From assembly GCA_050575255.1 (NCBI GenBank), contig JBNZDD010013718.1, positions 3,591,098 to 3,655,097 of the forward strand: 64,000 nucleotides of DNA, read 5' to 3'. The DNA comes from Harriotta raleighana. Its lineage: Eukaryota. The notes beneath the pieces are model-generated. The model was not told where the DNA came from and did not search any database. It saw only the letters and a program-made list of their open reading frames with translations. Each line of letters opens with the position of its first letter. The stretch's first letter is position 1. Below are positions 26,331-39,677 of the stretch, piece after piece. Both the position numbers and the translations under genes were made by a program.

Positions 26331-27169
26331 GAATCCAAAAGGAATTCATAGACTTAAAAAGGACTATGTTACTTCTTTACTACCACATCTGGTACATTAG
26401 TTATTGCAGAAAAACTAGACAGGTTTATGGGTTTGCAAAAATATTCAAATTTCATTTTAAACCCTTTCTTTAGAACTTGTCCTGTTAATAAATTCAAATT
26501 TTATACCAGTTTTAATTAGGCATAAGCAAGAGAAAACCTTTAATAAACAACAAAGAACTTTCCGTCATGGCATCTGTATATGTGTGTGTGTGTGTGTTTC
26601 TGTCTCTCAATGAGTCGAGCTACCATAAGAATCATATGCACTGAAAATGAAATTGCATGAAGTCAGAAATTAATTTCAAAGTGAGTTTTGAGCCCTTCAA
26701 AGGGAATAATGGCTAAAGGGGAGTTGATTATACAATTTACCCATCATCATTCTGGGTGTTGTGATAGCACAGACTGAACAGTATGTTCAAACAGCTAGCA
26801 TTAGACTGTACTTCAACTCTGCCCATCTCACAAGGGGTCACAGCAGTGTCATATAGCCCTCATCATGCTCTGGCGTCAGTCCAACTTGTCATGATATGTG
26901 GATTTGTTGTATACATAAAACTGATGCAGATTTAACCCTGACAGTTTTACAACTTTCCTGTATTGATAAATTAGGATTATGTCTCGCTGTGATTAAGATT
27001 TAGCAGAGGACATATTGAGCAACATTTTTCTACTGCAAACCCATTTGTGGTATTTTAAATGAATTGACAATATTTAAAAGAATTTAGGGAACTGCGGGAT
27101 AAAACAAGGTGGGTATTTCAACAGTAAATAAAACATATTCTGAAGCTCTCTGATACTGTAGCTCAATGA

Positions 27170-27375
27170 GTGATAACTGAGGCATGTGATCAGGAAGGAT
27201 CTTGATTTGATCTGGGTCTGTGGGGAGTTTACTGACCTCAGCCAGGGCAGCATTAGGGGTTATATAATTAGCTACACTACAGAATCCAAGTGCCATACAG
27301 TCAGGGCTGCTGAAAGTATACCTGTGTAGATTCTCAGGGTGAAGAGAATTGTGGTCAGCTACAATATCCCCTGGG
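27170..27375 (+). mobile_element. Ancient AmnSINE2-like SINE fragment
   Basis: GGTCTGTGGGGAGTTTACTGACCTCAGCCAGGGCAGCATTAGGGG, homologous to 60125-60200 and to minus 47960-48110. Family name recalled from consensus. Confidence 0.5.
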
Positions 27376-29088
27376 GTGTGAAGGTGAAAAAAAATTGCAG
27401 AAGATTTAAAAAAAATTGTGCTGTAACAGTTTAAGTTTTCTAAATGAACATTTTAATTCAGTCTTCCTTGTAATCTTAATATTGCAGCAGAATTCAAATT
27501 TAATTATTGTTGCAAATTGTCAAAAGATCCAAAACTTATTATTATTAATTATTAGCATTAATAATAATTTGTGCTTGTAATTTATAAGACGGTTAATGTT
27601 AATTGTATACATCTGTGCCAGTTCTAAACATTCAATAGATTGAATTATACTAGCTTCTATTTTGAAAATAAATTGGCTGCCATGTTTGCCCACGAAACAC
27701 AATCTGTACTGTGCAGTATATTGTTTTGAGACATCCCCCTGATATGAAAGGTACAATACCAAATGTAATGATTATTATTATTTTTTTAAATAAGGTCCAA
27801 TATGTGTTGGTTAAAAAAAAAGACTTCAATCCATGAAATAATCAAAGAACAATAAATGTATTTTTGTTCTTGATTGTGGAAGAATTGTATTAAACAGAAG
27901 TGACCTAACTTTTATCACTTTCACATAATTGTCTTCATGTGTTCAATGGATTAACAGTAAGGATGCTTCAAGTGTACATTATTCGCAAGGTGATCAGAGA
28001 AGTCACAACTGTATTGGTATTTCAACTGATTGTTATAGAATTTGTTTTTGTGATTCAAGGTGTGGTTAGCGTCTGCATGGAAGAATTGCCTCTAAAGGCA
28101 GTCCCACAAAACAGACAGCTTGGAGGGCAGCTACGGTGATGAAACTAGCCATGTCCCTATTTCTAAAAAAAATTCAAGGGCTAGATTTTTTTCACATTAT
28201 CTCTTATATCTACAATATCTGTAATATAACAGATTTTGCTCATAGGGTTATGTTATCGTCCAATTGTTTGATATTTTGTTTGATTTCTTCTCCATTACAC
28301 TCGAGATCCTTCTTTTACAGAAATAGTTCTTGAACACACTAATTTTATGCACTACAAATCTTAATAAATTCAAACACTAATTTCCAAAAAAATGTGCTTG
28401 CAATGTGCAAATAATGAATAATACAAAGCAAAAATATCCCCCCGAAAGGGATACAACCATGACATGTTTTGAATTGCAAATAAAGTTTGCAAAAACATCC
28501 TAAGTTTGGGATTTTGGCGCATGAGTACCAAAGCAGTGATTATAGAGTTAATTATTGCACTAGCACCAGTCATTATTTAAATTGGAATGAGACGAACTTA
28601 CATTAAGCACTTTTGTAAGGTCATTTCTGCACTGCGAAGCAATTTAAAGTGTATGTTCATTTTTAACATGTTGGTGCTCATTAAGGTGAAGTTTGACAGT
28701 GCAGCAGAATGGATTTTTCTCCACTGTACACCCAGTGCTAAAGAACACTCGGGTCAAGTATGGTAAGGTCAGAGAGAATGCTTTAATTCCTGGCATCATT
28801 TCAAAAGTACAGTCTTGACCTTAAATAGTAGAAAGTCTTAAGATCTGGCACATGTACAACTGACTTTTCAAAGCTGTGATCGGGAGCCAGAAGAGTAATG
28901 TTACAAACCTACATCTACTGGCTGAATGCTTTTATTTCTCAACACCTGTAAGTGCCAGGTGACTTCACTCACACGCGTCTGACTAAATTAACCTTTTCCA
29001 CTGAATCTAGAACTCCAGGTAACTAATCAGAGAATCCTAACTGTGGACCACTAAAATGTGTCAAGTAGGTGATGAAATCAATCTTCAC

Positions 29089-29390
29089 AACAACAGCAAC
29101 TTGTATTTATATGGTTCCCATATAAGCCAAGGGGGCGAGATGACTGTACGGACAATCAAAAAGAAAGTATTTTAAAATGGGGAGGGGAAAGGCAGAGGAA
29201 TTAAAGAGGATAGTTCCAGAGTTTTGGGGCATAGTGGCTGAATGCACAGCAACTGATAGTGAAATGAGGGGACAAGGGACAAACAGGAGGCCGAAAGCCG
29301 GAGCCAGCTCAGCGGAGACAGCTGTTGGTGGAGTGTGGGGGTAAGCAGATTGGATAGGTGGGTAGGTGCTAGGGCATAAAGGGATTTGAA
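29089..29390 (-). mobile_element. L2 LINE 3' end
   Basis: Minus strand encodes CAFSHYAPKLWNYP (L2 C-terminal AFSxxAPxLWNxLP); ends in ...ATAAATACAAGTTGCTGTTGTTG tail. Confidence 0.75.
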
Positions 29391-30223
29391 CTAATAAAAG
29401 GTTGTGTATGGTGGTGCTGGGGATAATCATGATATTGTAAATTGCTATTGACAATCACATACTCCTGACATTGAAACTCATTTAAAACGGATCCATTTTA
29501 GTTGCTTCTCATAGCCACATAATATTTTTAAGGTATTATTTGAAAGTACCAGTATTTTAAAGAGTCAAAGTATTTAAATTATTTCTTAACTATTACCTCA
29601 AAAAAAAGCTACACACAAATTGCTACTGTAAAAGCCACAGTTATTCAAGTTATTGTCTCTAGTTGTACCCAATGTGAGGTATGCTCTGTCCAAAACAAAT
29701 CAGCACTGAAAGAGTTATATAGAAATCAGTGTTTTATTTAAGAGACACCTAATTTGCAATAGTTGAAAAGTAGATCCCCATCGAAGGCTTTCAGCAGTTA
29801 TCAGCGATTTGCCACCTTTTGTACTTGTGCTGGTGAATGCTGGCACAAAAGTGCAGATTTGCAGTAAATCTATGCTTTTGTGTGTAGTTGCAAGAGCATG
29901 CTGAAATATTTGGACACTAATACCCATTCATTTTCTGAGCTCCATAAATAAAAGCCGCTTGCAATGCAGTGGCCGTGAAGTGGCATTCTTCAGGTCACAG
30001 CAGGTAGCCCATCCTTATTACCACAGTAGGGGAGGAGGCCAAAGCAGCAAGACACCTAAATCGAGACATTTTTGCTTCAGACAAAATCACTGGTAATAAA
30101 AAGAGACGCATTGAAAATTTCAGGAGGACCTACAGCCACCATTATTTGAAGGTAAAAGTATTTGGAGGAAATTAACTGAGAGTGCAGTCTCTTCCAGAAT
30201 AGATACTTCTATTTATGTGATAT

Positions 30224-30244
30224 GTGTGTGTGTGTGTGTGTGTT
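30224..30244. repeat. (TG)n microsatellite
   Basis: Direct reading; a shorter one lies at 26581-26597. Confidence 0.9.
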
Positions 30245-30744
30245 TGTGACCAAAGAACTGCCAAACTGTGGTTGGAATAAAGCATTACTATTGTTTTTTT
30301 TAAACTCTATCTGCATAAATTTCATCAATACTTCGACCCAATTATTCAGGTATTATAGAGGAGGACAGGCAGTGCTGTGGGTTTATTGCTTTGAAGAGCT
30401 GGGTAAACATGTGTAATATGTGTTCTTTCACCCAATTTCCCACACAGTGAGTCTGAATTCTCAGCTGGATTATCATGCGGAGAACAGAGGCAACATGAAT
30501 TCCTACAGAGAAAATTGGAAGGTAAACCAGCCTATGCCAACTGTGCACATCATCAGTAGTGGGTTCACAAATCATCGACATATGAGCAAGGAGCAGGCAA
30601 CCAAGCTACCCCCTATGTATTGCATTGATGTATAAAAACATAAGAGATGGTAAACTTAAGAAAATAAGGAAGGAAACAAATAGTCCTCACAGGCTTGTCC
30701 CGTGCAGTATTTGTGTATGACATTTGTCCACATTTGTCCCTAAA

Positions 30745-31030
30745 TCACAGAATTAAATGGAATTGTATAGTTTACAGCACCCAACAAGTCTGTAACAATG
30801 TACAGTACAGTTTATAGTTAACACGAGGCTACACCCTCCCCAATCCCCTCTCCTATAGAAGTTTATTACCTCCTCCATCACGTGTGCTGCAAATTTCCTC
30901 TTAAACATGTTGATGCCTTTTGCTTCTGCCAGTCACTTCCATATTCCCACCATCCTCGGCATCAAGAAATCGATCCTAAACTCTCTTTTACATATTTCAC
31001 TGACTATCCTATATTTGATTGTCCACTCTT
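30745..31030 (-). mobile_element. CR1 LINE 3' region, degraded
   Basis: Minus strand encodes FLMPRMVGIWK*LAEAKGINMFKRK, resembling CR1 FFTxRVVxxWNxL...FKxxLD. Confidence 0.6.
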
Positions 31031-31241
31031 ACTTGATAGTTTAATTCATTAATCTCTGGTACCATCAAAATCATATTGGTTTAATTGGAGATCATAAGCC
31101 GATTGTTTTTATCCACATTAATTACCAATACTCTGCAGGAATAAATATAATTTTGAATCTCTGCTTGTGGTTGAGGCTTGTTTATGTTTTACACTCATAT
31201 CGCATCTAACTCTACTTCTTATTCAAGTTAAACTAAATGCA

Positions 31242-31300
31242 ACACTTTAGGACATCCTTCTGGTGTGAAAGGCTGTATACAAATGTAATTTGTTGTTGTT
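31242..31300 (+). mobile_element. ~60-bp L2-type 3' tail insertion
   Basis: ACACTTTAGGACATCCTTCTGGTGTGAAAGGCTGTATACAAATGTAATTTGTTGTTGTT. Confidence 0.8.
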
Positions 31301-32062
31301 ATCACAGCACTGTGAATTTCCCCAAATCTCAAAGCTATCCTGCTGTTATTTGCTAAACCTTCTACAATGCTTCAATATATCTTTTAGGGCAGGTTTGCAA
31401 TAATTTGTAATATCCGCAAATCAGAGCCATTGCATTAATTCAGATTTCCAGATGAACCATGATGAACCAAAACCTTACGTTCCCATGGTCCAAATCTAGG
31501 CTAAAGTATGAGATATCAGCCACACTTTTCTTATTTGGAATTCATCATTTGCCTGCCATGAATTTTGCAATCTGATATCTCCAATTCCAGACACCCATTT
31601 AACCCAGTATGTAAATATTTTACATTAGACACTAGTTTTCTCTGTTTTCCCAATTCTGGTGCCCAACATGTAGCCTGGGCTGCATCTGGATGCAACCATA
31701 GTGATTGGTAAATGGGGGAGGTAGCTGAAGCACCTCCAGCTCACCCAAGGACCAGTTGACAATTAACACATCAAATGGTCGCTTTTTCAACAATGTGTTA
31801 ATTAGCACTGTAGCTTTTAATTAATACATCACACATCGCAAGTTTCATCCCATAGTGTGCAAAAATCACCATAGTGTAATCAGACCACCACTTTTCAACA
31901 CAGATTATCCATTTACTTTTCAGAACAGGCCAATTCTGCAAAATGTTGCTTACTATAAGTAGCTGCACAAGACAGGATGGAGCTCTTAAAATGACTGTGG
32001 AGAAAGCCATAAGAGTACCTCAACCAACACTGGGATGAATTGGGAAGGTACAACTTCAAAGA

Positions 32063-33573
32063 ATAATTCCACGGGACCAGGAGGAGCCTTCGTCTTGTTG
32101 ACATTCAACAGCAGGAAATTGGCTCTCATCCAGGACTTTATGTCCGACAGGCACTTTGTTAGGCAGCAGTAGTCCTGGAATCGAGTGAGTGAACAAAAAT
32201 GTGAAAAGTTTTGAAAATGTTCAAACAAACCTAAAATTGAAGGACAACCTCCGGTGGCAGTAACTGTAAGTGCTTCTAATATGTGTAAGTAAGTGTACTG
32301 ATCAGCTCAATGCATATCACAGCCTTGGGCAAAGTATGCAGGTGGTCGATCGCCTCACTTAAAAAGGTTAACCTCGATTGAACACACAAGCTCTACCTCT
32401 GAATAGGGATAACACCAAGGGAGCCTGTAACAATAAGCAAATAATGAAACAAACCTGACCATGGTTAAATACATAAAGTGCAGAAGATTCACGGATCTCT
32501 GGCACTGAACAAGGGAAATAAAAGAACTTACCCAGCAAGAGCACAGCTGTCATTAGAATTGTGTTAGTTCAGGGGAAGGTATGTTAGGCTAGCTGCCATT
32601 TTGATTAACTCAGGGCTAACCTCTCAATTCACATTAAAAGGATCAAAAGATGCATAGATTAATCCACATCACCACGTTGGTTTATAGTGTCAAAAATAAA
32701 TTTGAATGAAAAGGCAATATACTACAATAAGACACAATGAAAATTAAAGTTCAAACATTTGTAGAAGGACACTAATCAAAATGTTATTTGAAAGTCCGTA
32801 TGAACATTTGTTAAAAATTATCTTGCTCCATATTTCATAATTAACAGCACTTTGCAACTACGAAGCTGTTTTATCTCTGCATTTCTTAATAGAATTTATT
32901 AGAAATCAACTAGAAAAATGAATCGTTATGACATTCACTTTCATCTGCTTTAGTCTTCAAACAAGTTTCACATTATCTACAAAGTAATGAAACCTTTTCA
33001 TTGCAGGGAATGGGTCTGCCTGTGTTGCTGAATGGTACTCTACATACTAGAAATGGACAAATCTGTTCTTCTTTGCCTGCATGCTTTGTCTGATTCAGAA
33101 GATGTTGAGGAGCTTTAAAGAAAGCCATTCCGTAAGTAACTCTGGGATGGGATAATGGCAAAAAGCAGCAACAGCTGGATAAATGAGGAAATGGTGAAGT
33201 ACACTGAAAGTAATGCAAGTGGATACAGAAGTGGTCAGTAACAGTAGGCATTTAGTGAGGGCGTGCGAGAGGAAAGCATTAAATAGTTTAACCACTTAAG
33301 GAATGAAAAATACCACAAACAATTTACTTGTGGATAGCTGTAATCAGTGTCTTAAACTTACTGCAAAGTTAAATTGTCCAGACGGACAATACCACTTTGT
33401 TACACCCATGTGTGAATTAGGAGTCTCTTTAAGAAGCCAAATCATTTGCTCTTTAATTATTATTCATTACAATTCATTACACTGATTATAGAATTGATCC
33501 CTTCAAAAAAAATGAGCACTGTTTTTAAGAAAGTCCAATCCTTTTGACTTTACCCTATTAGTTTAACAGAAGT
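32063..33573 (+). repeat. 1511-bp duplication, copy 1 (probable assembly overlap)
   Basis: Repeated at offset +1521 across a 10-N gap (33574-33583); identical ORF translations. Confidence 0.95.
32088..32165 (-). mobile_element. L2 LINE RT fragment (duplicate at 33609-33686)
   Basis: CLTKCLSDIKSWMRANFLLLNVNKTK, the hallmark L2 CLxDIxxWMxxNFLxLNxxKT motif. Confidence 0.85.
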
Positions 33574-33583
33574 NNNNNNNNNN

Positions 33584-35094
33584 ATAATTCCACGGGACCA
33601 GGAGGAGCCTTCGTCTTGTTGACATTCAACAGTAGGAAATTGGCTCTCATCCAGGACTTTATGTCCGACAGGCACTTTGTTAGGCAGCAATAGTCCTGGA
33701 ATCGAGTGAGTGAACAAAAATGTGAAAAGTTTTGAAAATGTTCAAACAAACCTAAAATTGAAGGACAACCTCCGGTGGCAGTAACTGTAAGTGCTTCTAA
33801 TATGTGTAAGTAAGTGTACTGATCAGCTCAATGCATATCACAGCCTTGGGCAAAGTATGCAGGTGGTCGATCGCCTCACTTAAAAAGGTTAACCTCGATT
33901 GAACACACAAGCTCTACCTCTGAATAGGGATAACACCAAGGGAGCCTGTAACAATAAGCAAATAATGAAACAAACCTGACCATGGTTAAATACATAAAGT
34001 GCAGAAGATTCACGGATCTCTGGCACTGAACAAGGGAAATAAAAGAACTTACCCAGCAAGAGCACAGCTGTCATTAGAACTGTGTTAGTTCAGGGGAAGG
34101 TATGTTAGGCTAGCTGCCATTTTGATTAACTCAGGGCTAACCTCTCAATTCACATTAAAAGGATCAAAAGATGCATAGATTAATCCACATCACCACGTTG
34201 GTTTATAGTGTCAAAAATAAATTTGAATGAAAAGGCAATATACTACAATAAGACACAATGAAAATTAAAGTTCAAACATTTGTAGAAGGACACTAATCAA
34301 AATGTTATTTGAAAGTCCGTATGAACATTTGTTAAAAATTATCTTGCTCCATATTTCATAATTAACAGCACTTTGCAACTACGAAGCTGTTTTATCTCTG
34401 CATTTCTTAATAGAATTTATTAGAAATCAACTAGAAAAATGAATCGTTATGACATTCACTTTCATCTGCTTTAGTCTTCAAACAAGTTTCACATTATCTA
34501 CAAAGTAATGAAACCTTTTCATTGCAGGGAATGGGTCTGCCTGTGTTGCTGAATGGTACTCTACATACTAGAAATGGACAAATCTGTTCTTCTTTGCCTG
34601 CATGCTTTGTCTGATTCAGAAGATGTTGAGGAGCTTTAAAGAAAGCCATTCCGTAAGTAACTCTGGGATGGGATAATGGCAAAAAGCAGCAACAGCTGGA
34701 TAAATGAGGAAATGGTGAAGTACACTGAAAGTAATGCAAGTGGATACAGAAGTGGTCAGTAACAGTAGGCATTTAGTGAGGGCGTGCGAGAGGAAAGCAT
34801 TAAATAGTTTAACCACTTAAGGAATGAAAAATACCACAAACAATTTACTTGTGGATAGCTGTAATCAGTGTCTTAAACTTACTGCAAAGTTAAATTGTCC
34901 AGACGGACAATACCACTTTGTTACACCCATGTGTGAATTAGGAGTCTCTTTAAGAAGCCAAATCATTTGCTCTTTAATTATTATTCATTACAATTCATTA
35001 CACTGATTATAGAATTGATCCCTTCAAAAAAAATGAGCACTGTTTTTAAGAAAGTCCAATCCTTTTGACTTTACCCTATTAGTTTAACAGAAGT
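33584..35094 (+). repeat. 1511-bp duplication, copy 2
   Basis: Differs from copy 1 at three positions I could see: 33633, 33690, 34080. Confidence 0.95.
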
Positions 35095-35479
35095 AAAAAA
35101 AAACTTGATAGAAACTCTCGCTTTGATTACAAAGAATACCATGAGTTATAAATTATTTAATATTGTAACCTACAAAGATGTAGGAAATTGAAAGGAACTG
35201 TTCTGTGCAAATCTTATTAACTGTTTAGTTAACAATTCAGCAAATGCTTTCTAAACAAATAGTTGGATTGAACCATTTGTTAACAATACAGTTTTCAAAA
35301 CTATAGTAGTTCTTTAAACAGTTTCTATTATTCCCACAAATTTTTTCAGCACATTTCTCAAAGTTTTGTACCAACCATCTAGAGAAAATCCAATTAGATT
35401 TTTAAAATCTCTGATCAATATTAATAGATTTTAAAGCATGCAGTTCTGCCAGCCCTTGATTTATTTTACGAAGGAGCCT

Positions 35480-35840
35480 CTCTCCCTAGTTGTCCACTAA
35501 GCCCAGCTGGCATTTAATTGGTCAGCAAAGAGAGCGAGGGGGGTCTCCTTTGAGGAGTGAATAACAATTGTTTGTGTTTAAATGTCAGTCTGAAAAGGAG
35601 CCTGCACAAGAAAGAGCGAATCTTCTGTGCGAGAGAAATGAACACAAAAGAAACACCAGTGAAACACAGGAGAATACACATTGGGGAGCAAAGCAGCTGG
35701 AGGCAGAAAATATATGGAAAGCAGGACTGCATGTGGAGGAATTTAAGACTAGCAATAACTTGGAATGAATCAGGTGATCCATAAAGTAAGAGATGGAGGC
35801 AGCTGAATTAATCGAACAACTTTGTTCCTATGCTTCCCGC
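35480..35840. promoter_or_regulatory. Candidate conserved non-coding element
   Basis: Unique block with CAGCTG E-boxes, TTAATTGG, AACAATTGTT and TGTCAG; conservation untested. Confidence 0.3.
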
Positions 35841-36799
35841 ATCGACACTATTTTGATGTATAAACTCTAAGTGGAACAGTTTTTGTTACGATTCAAGCCA
35901 TGGAAGTGCAATTATTCAGCACATCACTGAAGAGATAGAGAGAGGCACACATACACACAGAAATTGCATTCTAGTACTTTTTTAAAGATTCAGTAAGTAG
36001 TCTGTATACAAGGCCTTTACTGTGGTGGATCTATTGAATCAGGACAGTTTATCAATGTATGTCCTGAAAAGTTTGAATAATACTAGTGTAAAATAAGTTC
36101 TTCCTTCAGATTGATAAATTATAGTGGTGAACCCTTTCAGATAACAATGGTACACAAAGTTTTAACAAGGCCACAATCCTTAACTATACATGCTACTTAT
36201 TGCAATAGTCAGATCCAGACAATTTAGCCAGACTGACATATTTGTAGATTTTTTGAAAATAAAAGTCACTGCAGCTATACAGCACCTGCAGCTTTATGTC
36301 ATTAAAGAGAAGTGAGATGAACCAGTATCAACATGTTAGTCACAGGAAGATGACTATACCATCAAATCAGGGTGATGCCAAATCCTATTATTACTGACAC
36401 AAAATAGCTTGTGGTGTCAAAGGTTCCCTTTGCCAGAAAAGTTCAGGTGTTGCGAAATTCATTACAGTGTCACTCTGAGATGAAATGATGTCCTTTATGC
36501 TGCCTTGAGGGGTGAAAACTAGAATCACTGCATTCCTGTCAACACTCTGTCATCTTAACTTCCTTACTGTGTGCTGCTGTATTACCATCTGGGACTCAAG
36601 TTTCAAAGGTTGCTAATATTCAACAGCAATCCTGTTTACTTCTGACACTGCTCAGCTCTCCCACCACATTTATTTGAAAGCAGGGTTATTAGATTACGAC
36701 ATTAAGCAGTTCACAGGGCGTTCTCTTCTTTTGAAATAATAGAATTATTATTAAAACCAAACAAACCTCTTAATAATCCAATACAGTGCTGCTGCTACA

Positions 36800-37125
36800 G
36801 GCTGGAGAGGGGGAACAGAGAATGCTATGAACTTCTTAATGCTCCAGTGTAACTTTACTGCATTGAGTTCAAAAGGGGGTAGAAATGCCATACTACATCT
36901 CTACAATGATACAACTCAATGTAACACTACCTGTTGTCATTACAGTTAAGGGCAAGGAATGCTATGAACTTTCCCAGTGACTCAATGCACTGTTTGTCTC
37001 CAGAGAGATTTTTTTTAAAACAGTCTTAATGACTTGGTGTACCACTGTTATTTCAGAGGGAGGAGAATGCTATGATCCTGCATGTTGACTTTCTAACACT
37101 ACTGCAGTCATTCCAGAATAGGCAG
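36800..37125 (+). repeat. Degenerate ~60-70-bp minisatellite (about 5 units)
   Basis: GAATGCTATGA at 36820, 36957 and 37065, variant GAAATGCCATA near 36882; recurring TGTAACACTAC and GTCATT. Confidence 0.65.
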
Positions 37126-37337
37126 AAAGAACAGCTTCATAACAGATCTGGGTATGATTATCACATCAAAATTACTTGCTTGTATGTTTCAATTCTATAC
37201 TAAAAACTACACATTGATTTCATTTCTTTATGCCCTGTTTTGCTTTAAAAAGCAAGATACCGACTATCAGTCAGTTAGTGAAAGATTTGTTGTGTTTTGC
37301 CCACAAAATATACAGTCAATTCACTTTATAATAGATC

Positions 37338-37410
37338 CTGTGAAATGTTTTGAGACATTTCAAAGAATGTGATTAATGTGCTACATCAAATGCAAGGATC
37401 ATTATTATTA
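37338..37410 (+). mobile_element. SINE 3' tail, (TTA)n type
   Basis: CTGTGAAATGTTTTGAGACATT...TACATCAAATGCAAGGATCATTATTATTA. Confidence 0.75.
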
Positions 37411-37447
37411 CTCTCTCACTAGTAGTTACTTAAGTTGTGGGACTGTA

Positions 37448-37503
37448 GGACTCTTTCCGACGTGAAAGGCGCTTTTTACATGTAATTTTGTTGGTTTGTT
37501 GTT
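37448..37503 (+). mobile_element. ~60-bp L2-type 3' tail insertion
   Basis: GGACTCTTTCCGACGTGAAAGGCGCTTTTTACATGTAATTTTGTTGG. Confidence 0.75.
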
Positions 37504-38894
37504 AAGTTATGGCCTAAGACTTTGATTTGTTTGCAGGAAAACAATTGATTTCAACACAAGTGGGGTTATACTCTGCTGGACTCAAAATTAGCAGTTTTGT
37601 TGGGAAACATAAACAGGAGAAGGAAGTTGGTAGTAGAAGGAAAAAAAGGTTTCTATTTGTTGGGGACATCCTCTCAAAGCACTTCACAGGATATACTGTA
37701 CTGCATAAATTAAGAAATATTCAATCAAGAAATGATATTTTGTTTGCTGATCAAAAAGCTTGACCTCCACTGCTGTAAAGTATAGTGACTATGTATTTCT
37801 TTTGAAGCCGAACACCTTGTATTTCAATGTTAGAGTTAAAATAATTTTTGCCAGTGGTGACACAACAGGCAAGTTAAGGTCATTAAGGTCTTGTTAAAGG
37901 CCGTTAAACTGTGTTGTAAATTCTGCATTTGTCAAGGAACAAAGAACAGATTTTGTTTATCGCTAACCCTTTGTCTCTACTTTGGTTTCAGTGCTGTTAT
38001 CGTCAGGGTGAAATTTTCTAGGGGTAGCAGAACCAGGCTGGGATTGGGGGAATATTTAGCACTGATAGCTGACCGGTAGGGTGCGAACATTTACATTTAA
38101 TACATTAATTTTCAGCTCACAGATGAGCAACCCAACAGTCTCTGTCCTGTCTGGGGCACACATCTTGAATGCTTATCAGCAGTAATGTTAATAGAACCTA
38201 GTTTTGCTTTTTTATAATGGGCTGCAGCCTATACGTGTTAAATCCCATAGGTATAAGTTTGAATTCAGAAATAGCAGATAGGTTAAAAAACAATTGCCTT
38301 GAAGTAACAAGCCTCCTAATTTTTACGTAACCTCATCATTCCAGGAGGCTTTTAAAATGTAAATATCAGAAGTGTTAACTAAGCTGAACTTTTGCGCAAG
38401 AGGAACCTACTCCTGTAAGTTTGTACAGCGTTCAGCTAATTGTTTTCCGGTCTCCAATTTTATGCTTCAAATTCTTTATATTTGGTACTGCATTTGACAT
38501 TTTGTAGAGTGCCTAAATGATGCTACCTGCAAATTCATGGTGTTGCTACTTCAGTAAAACTTGACACCTTCCACGTAACGTACGGCCAGGATTTTGTAAA
38601 TGTTATGAAAGATTGAAGTGCACTTTAACAGTATGGCGTGAGGTAGTGGGAAAAATTAGATTCAATGGCTGTGCGGAATATCACTGTGTCACTCCTTGGG
38701 AGAGAACAGGATCATAGAAAAAAATGTATTACTGATCTGCCTGCAGCCCGGCAGTACTATTCTATTGTTTATATAGTCACACACGAGCATCAGTCCTGTG
38801 GCAGACGTAGCAGCACTGTGAAGGAGACACAGCCAAAGAGATTCTGTGCCATTTTTGTTTGCAACCAGCCAAAATTAAACCAAACCAACATGCA

Positions 38895-39420
38895 GAGAAT
38901 GTGCTCCGCGTGGTATAGCTCCCAAAGAAAGGGCAAGCTGTTTTGGAGGAGTTTCAATCACTCATTATGGAGGGGTGAATGGTCCAGTTTAACTATCAGC
39001 AGGCAGTGTGGCCATTCACTCCCTCCTGCTCTGCACTCCAGTGCCATAATGCCAGCAGCAACTTGGAACTGGGCCAGGAATACACAAGGATCGTAGCTCA
39101 CAGACTGATCCGAATAACTCCATGTGGAACACGTCTTTGCAATGCATTGTGAAAGATCATTTCAATTGTCACAAATGGGCTGGTGCAAACAATAAATATA
39201 TAATAAGCCTCCAACTACAGCATCACTGCTACTGGATGAAAAATGCTGTTCCAAGCTTTGTACTTGAATCAGTGCATGGCTGACCCCCTATGCATCGTTG
39301 CTGTGCCACTGTCAGGGCACANCTACTGGATGAAAAATGCTGTTCCAAGCTTTGTACTTGAATCAGTGCATGACTGACCCCCTATNCATCGTTGCTGTGC
39401 CACTGTCAGGGCACAGTATC
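38895..39420 (+). pseudogene. Fossil Gypsy/GIN(Ginger)-type integrase (zinc-binding region plus start of rve core)
   Basis: Collinear across frameshifts: LRVV*LP..AVLEEF (38937-38954), GVN, TISR, PALH..TW, CIVKDHFNCHKWAGA (39143-39187), G*P..T(D)QGT. Confidence 0.6.
39229..39415 (+). repeat. 93-bp tandem duplication bridged by a single N
   Basis: 39229-39321 matches 39323-39415; N at 39322 and 39386; one substitution. Confidence 0.95.
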
Positions 39421-39677
39421 CGCCTCGATGTTCAACATCATTTTCAGCACATAATCGCCCCTAAAATCTTCATTCGCAAAGGATAGTCAGATCGGATTAA
39501 ATGTATTAGCAGGGAAGTATTACAACCAACAAGATGCAGACATGATGTGCAATTCTTTAAGTATTAACATTAAATTCTAGCTGATGGAAGCAGAATAAAA
39601 TGTTTGCCTTCAAAACAGATTTAATTGCAGACATTGCCAATATTTATAACTGTCAGTTTGCCCTTATTTATTTCTCA

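Noticed and set aside
32368-35006. Duplicated ORF set as a tandem gene duplication
   Set aside because: Non-coding ORFs inside the probable assembly duplicate.
36800-37125. CRISPR-like array
   Set aside because: Eukaryotic context, only an 11-bp core, irregular spacing, related intervening sequences and no cas genes.
38665-39096. Longest ORF (143 aa) as a protein-coding gene
   Set aside because: No coherent domain in one frame; it overlaps frameshifted integrase remnants.
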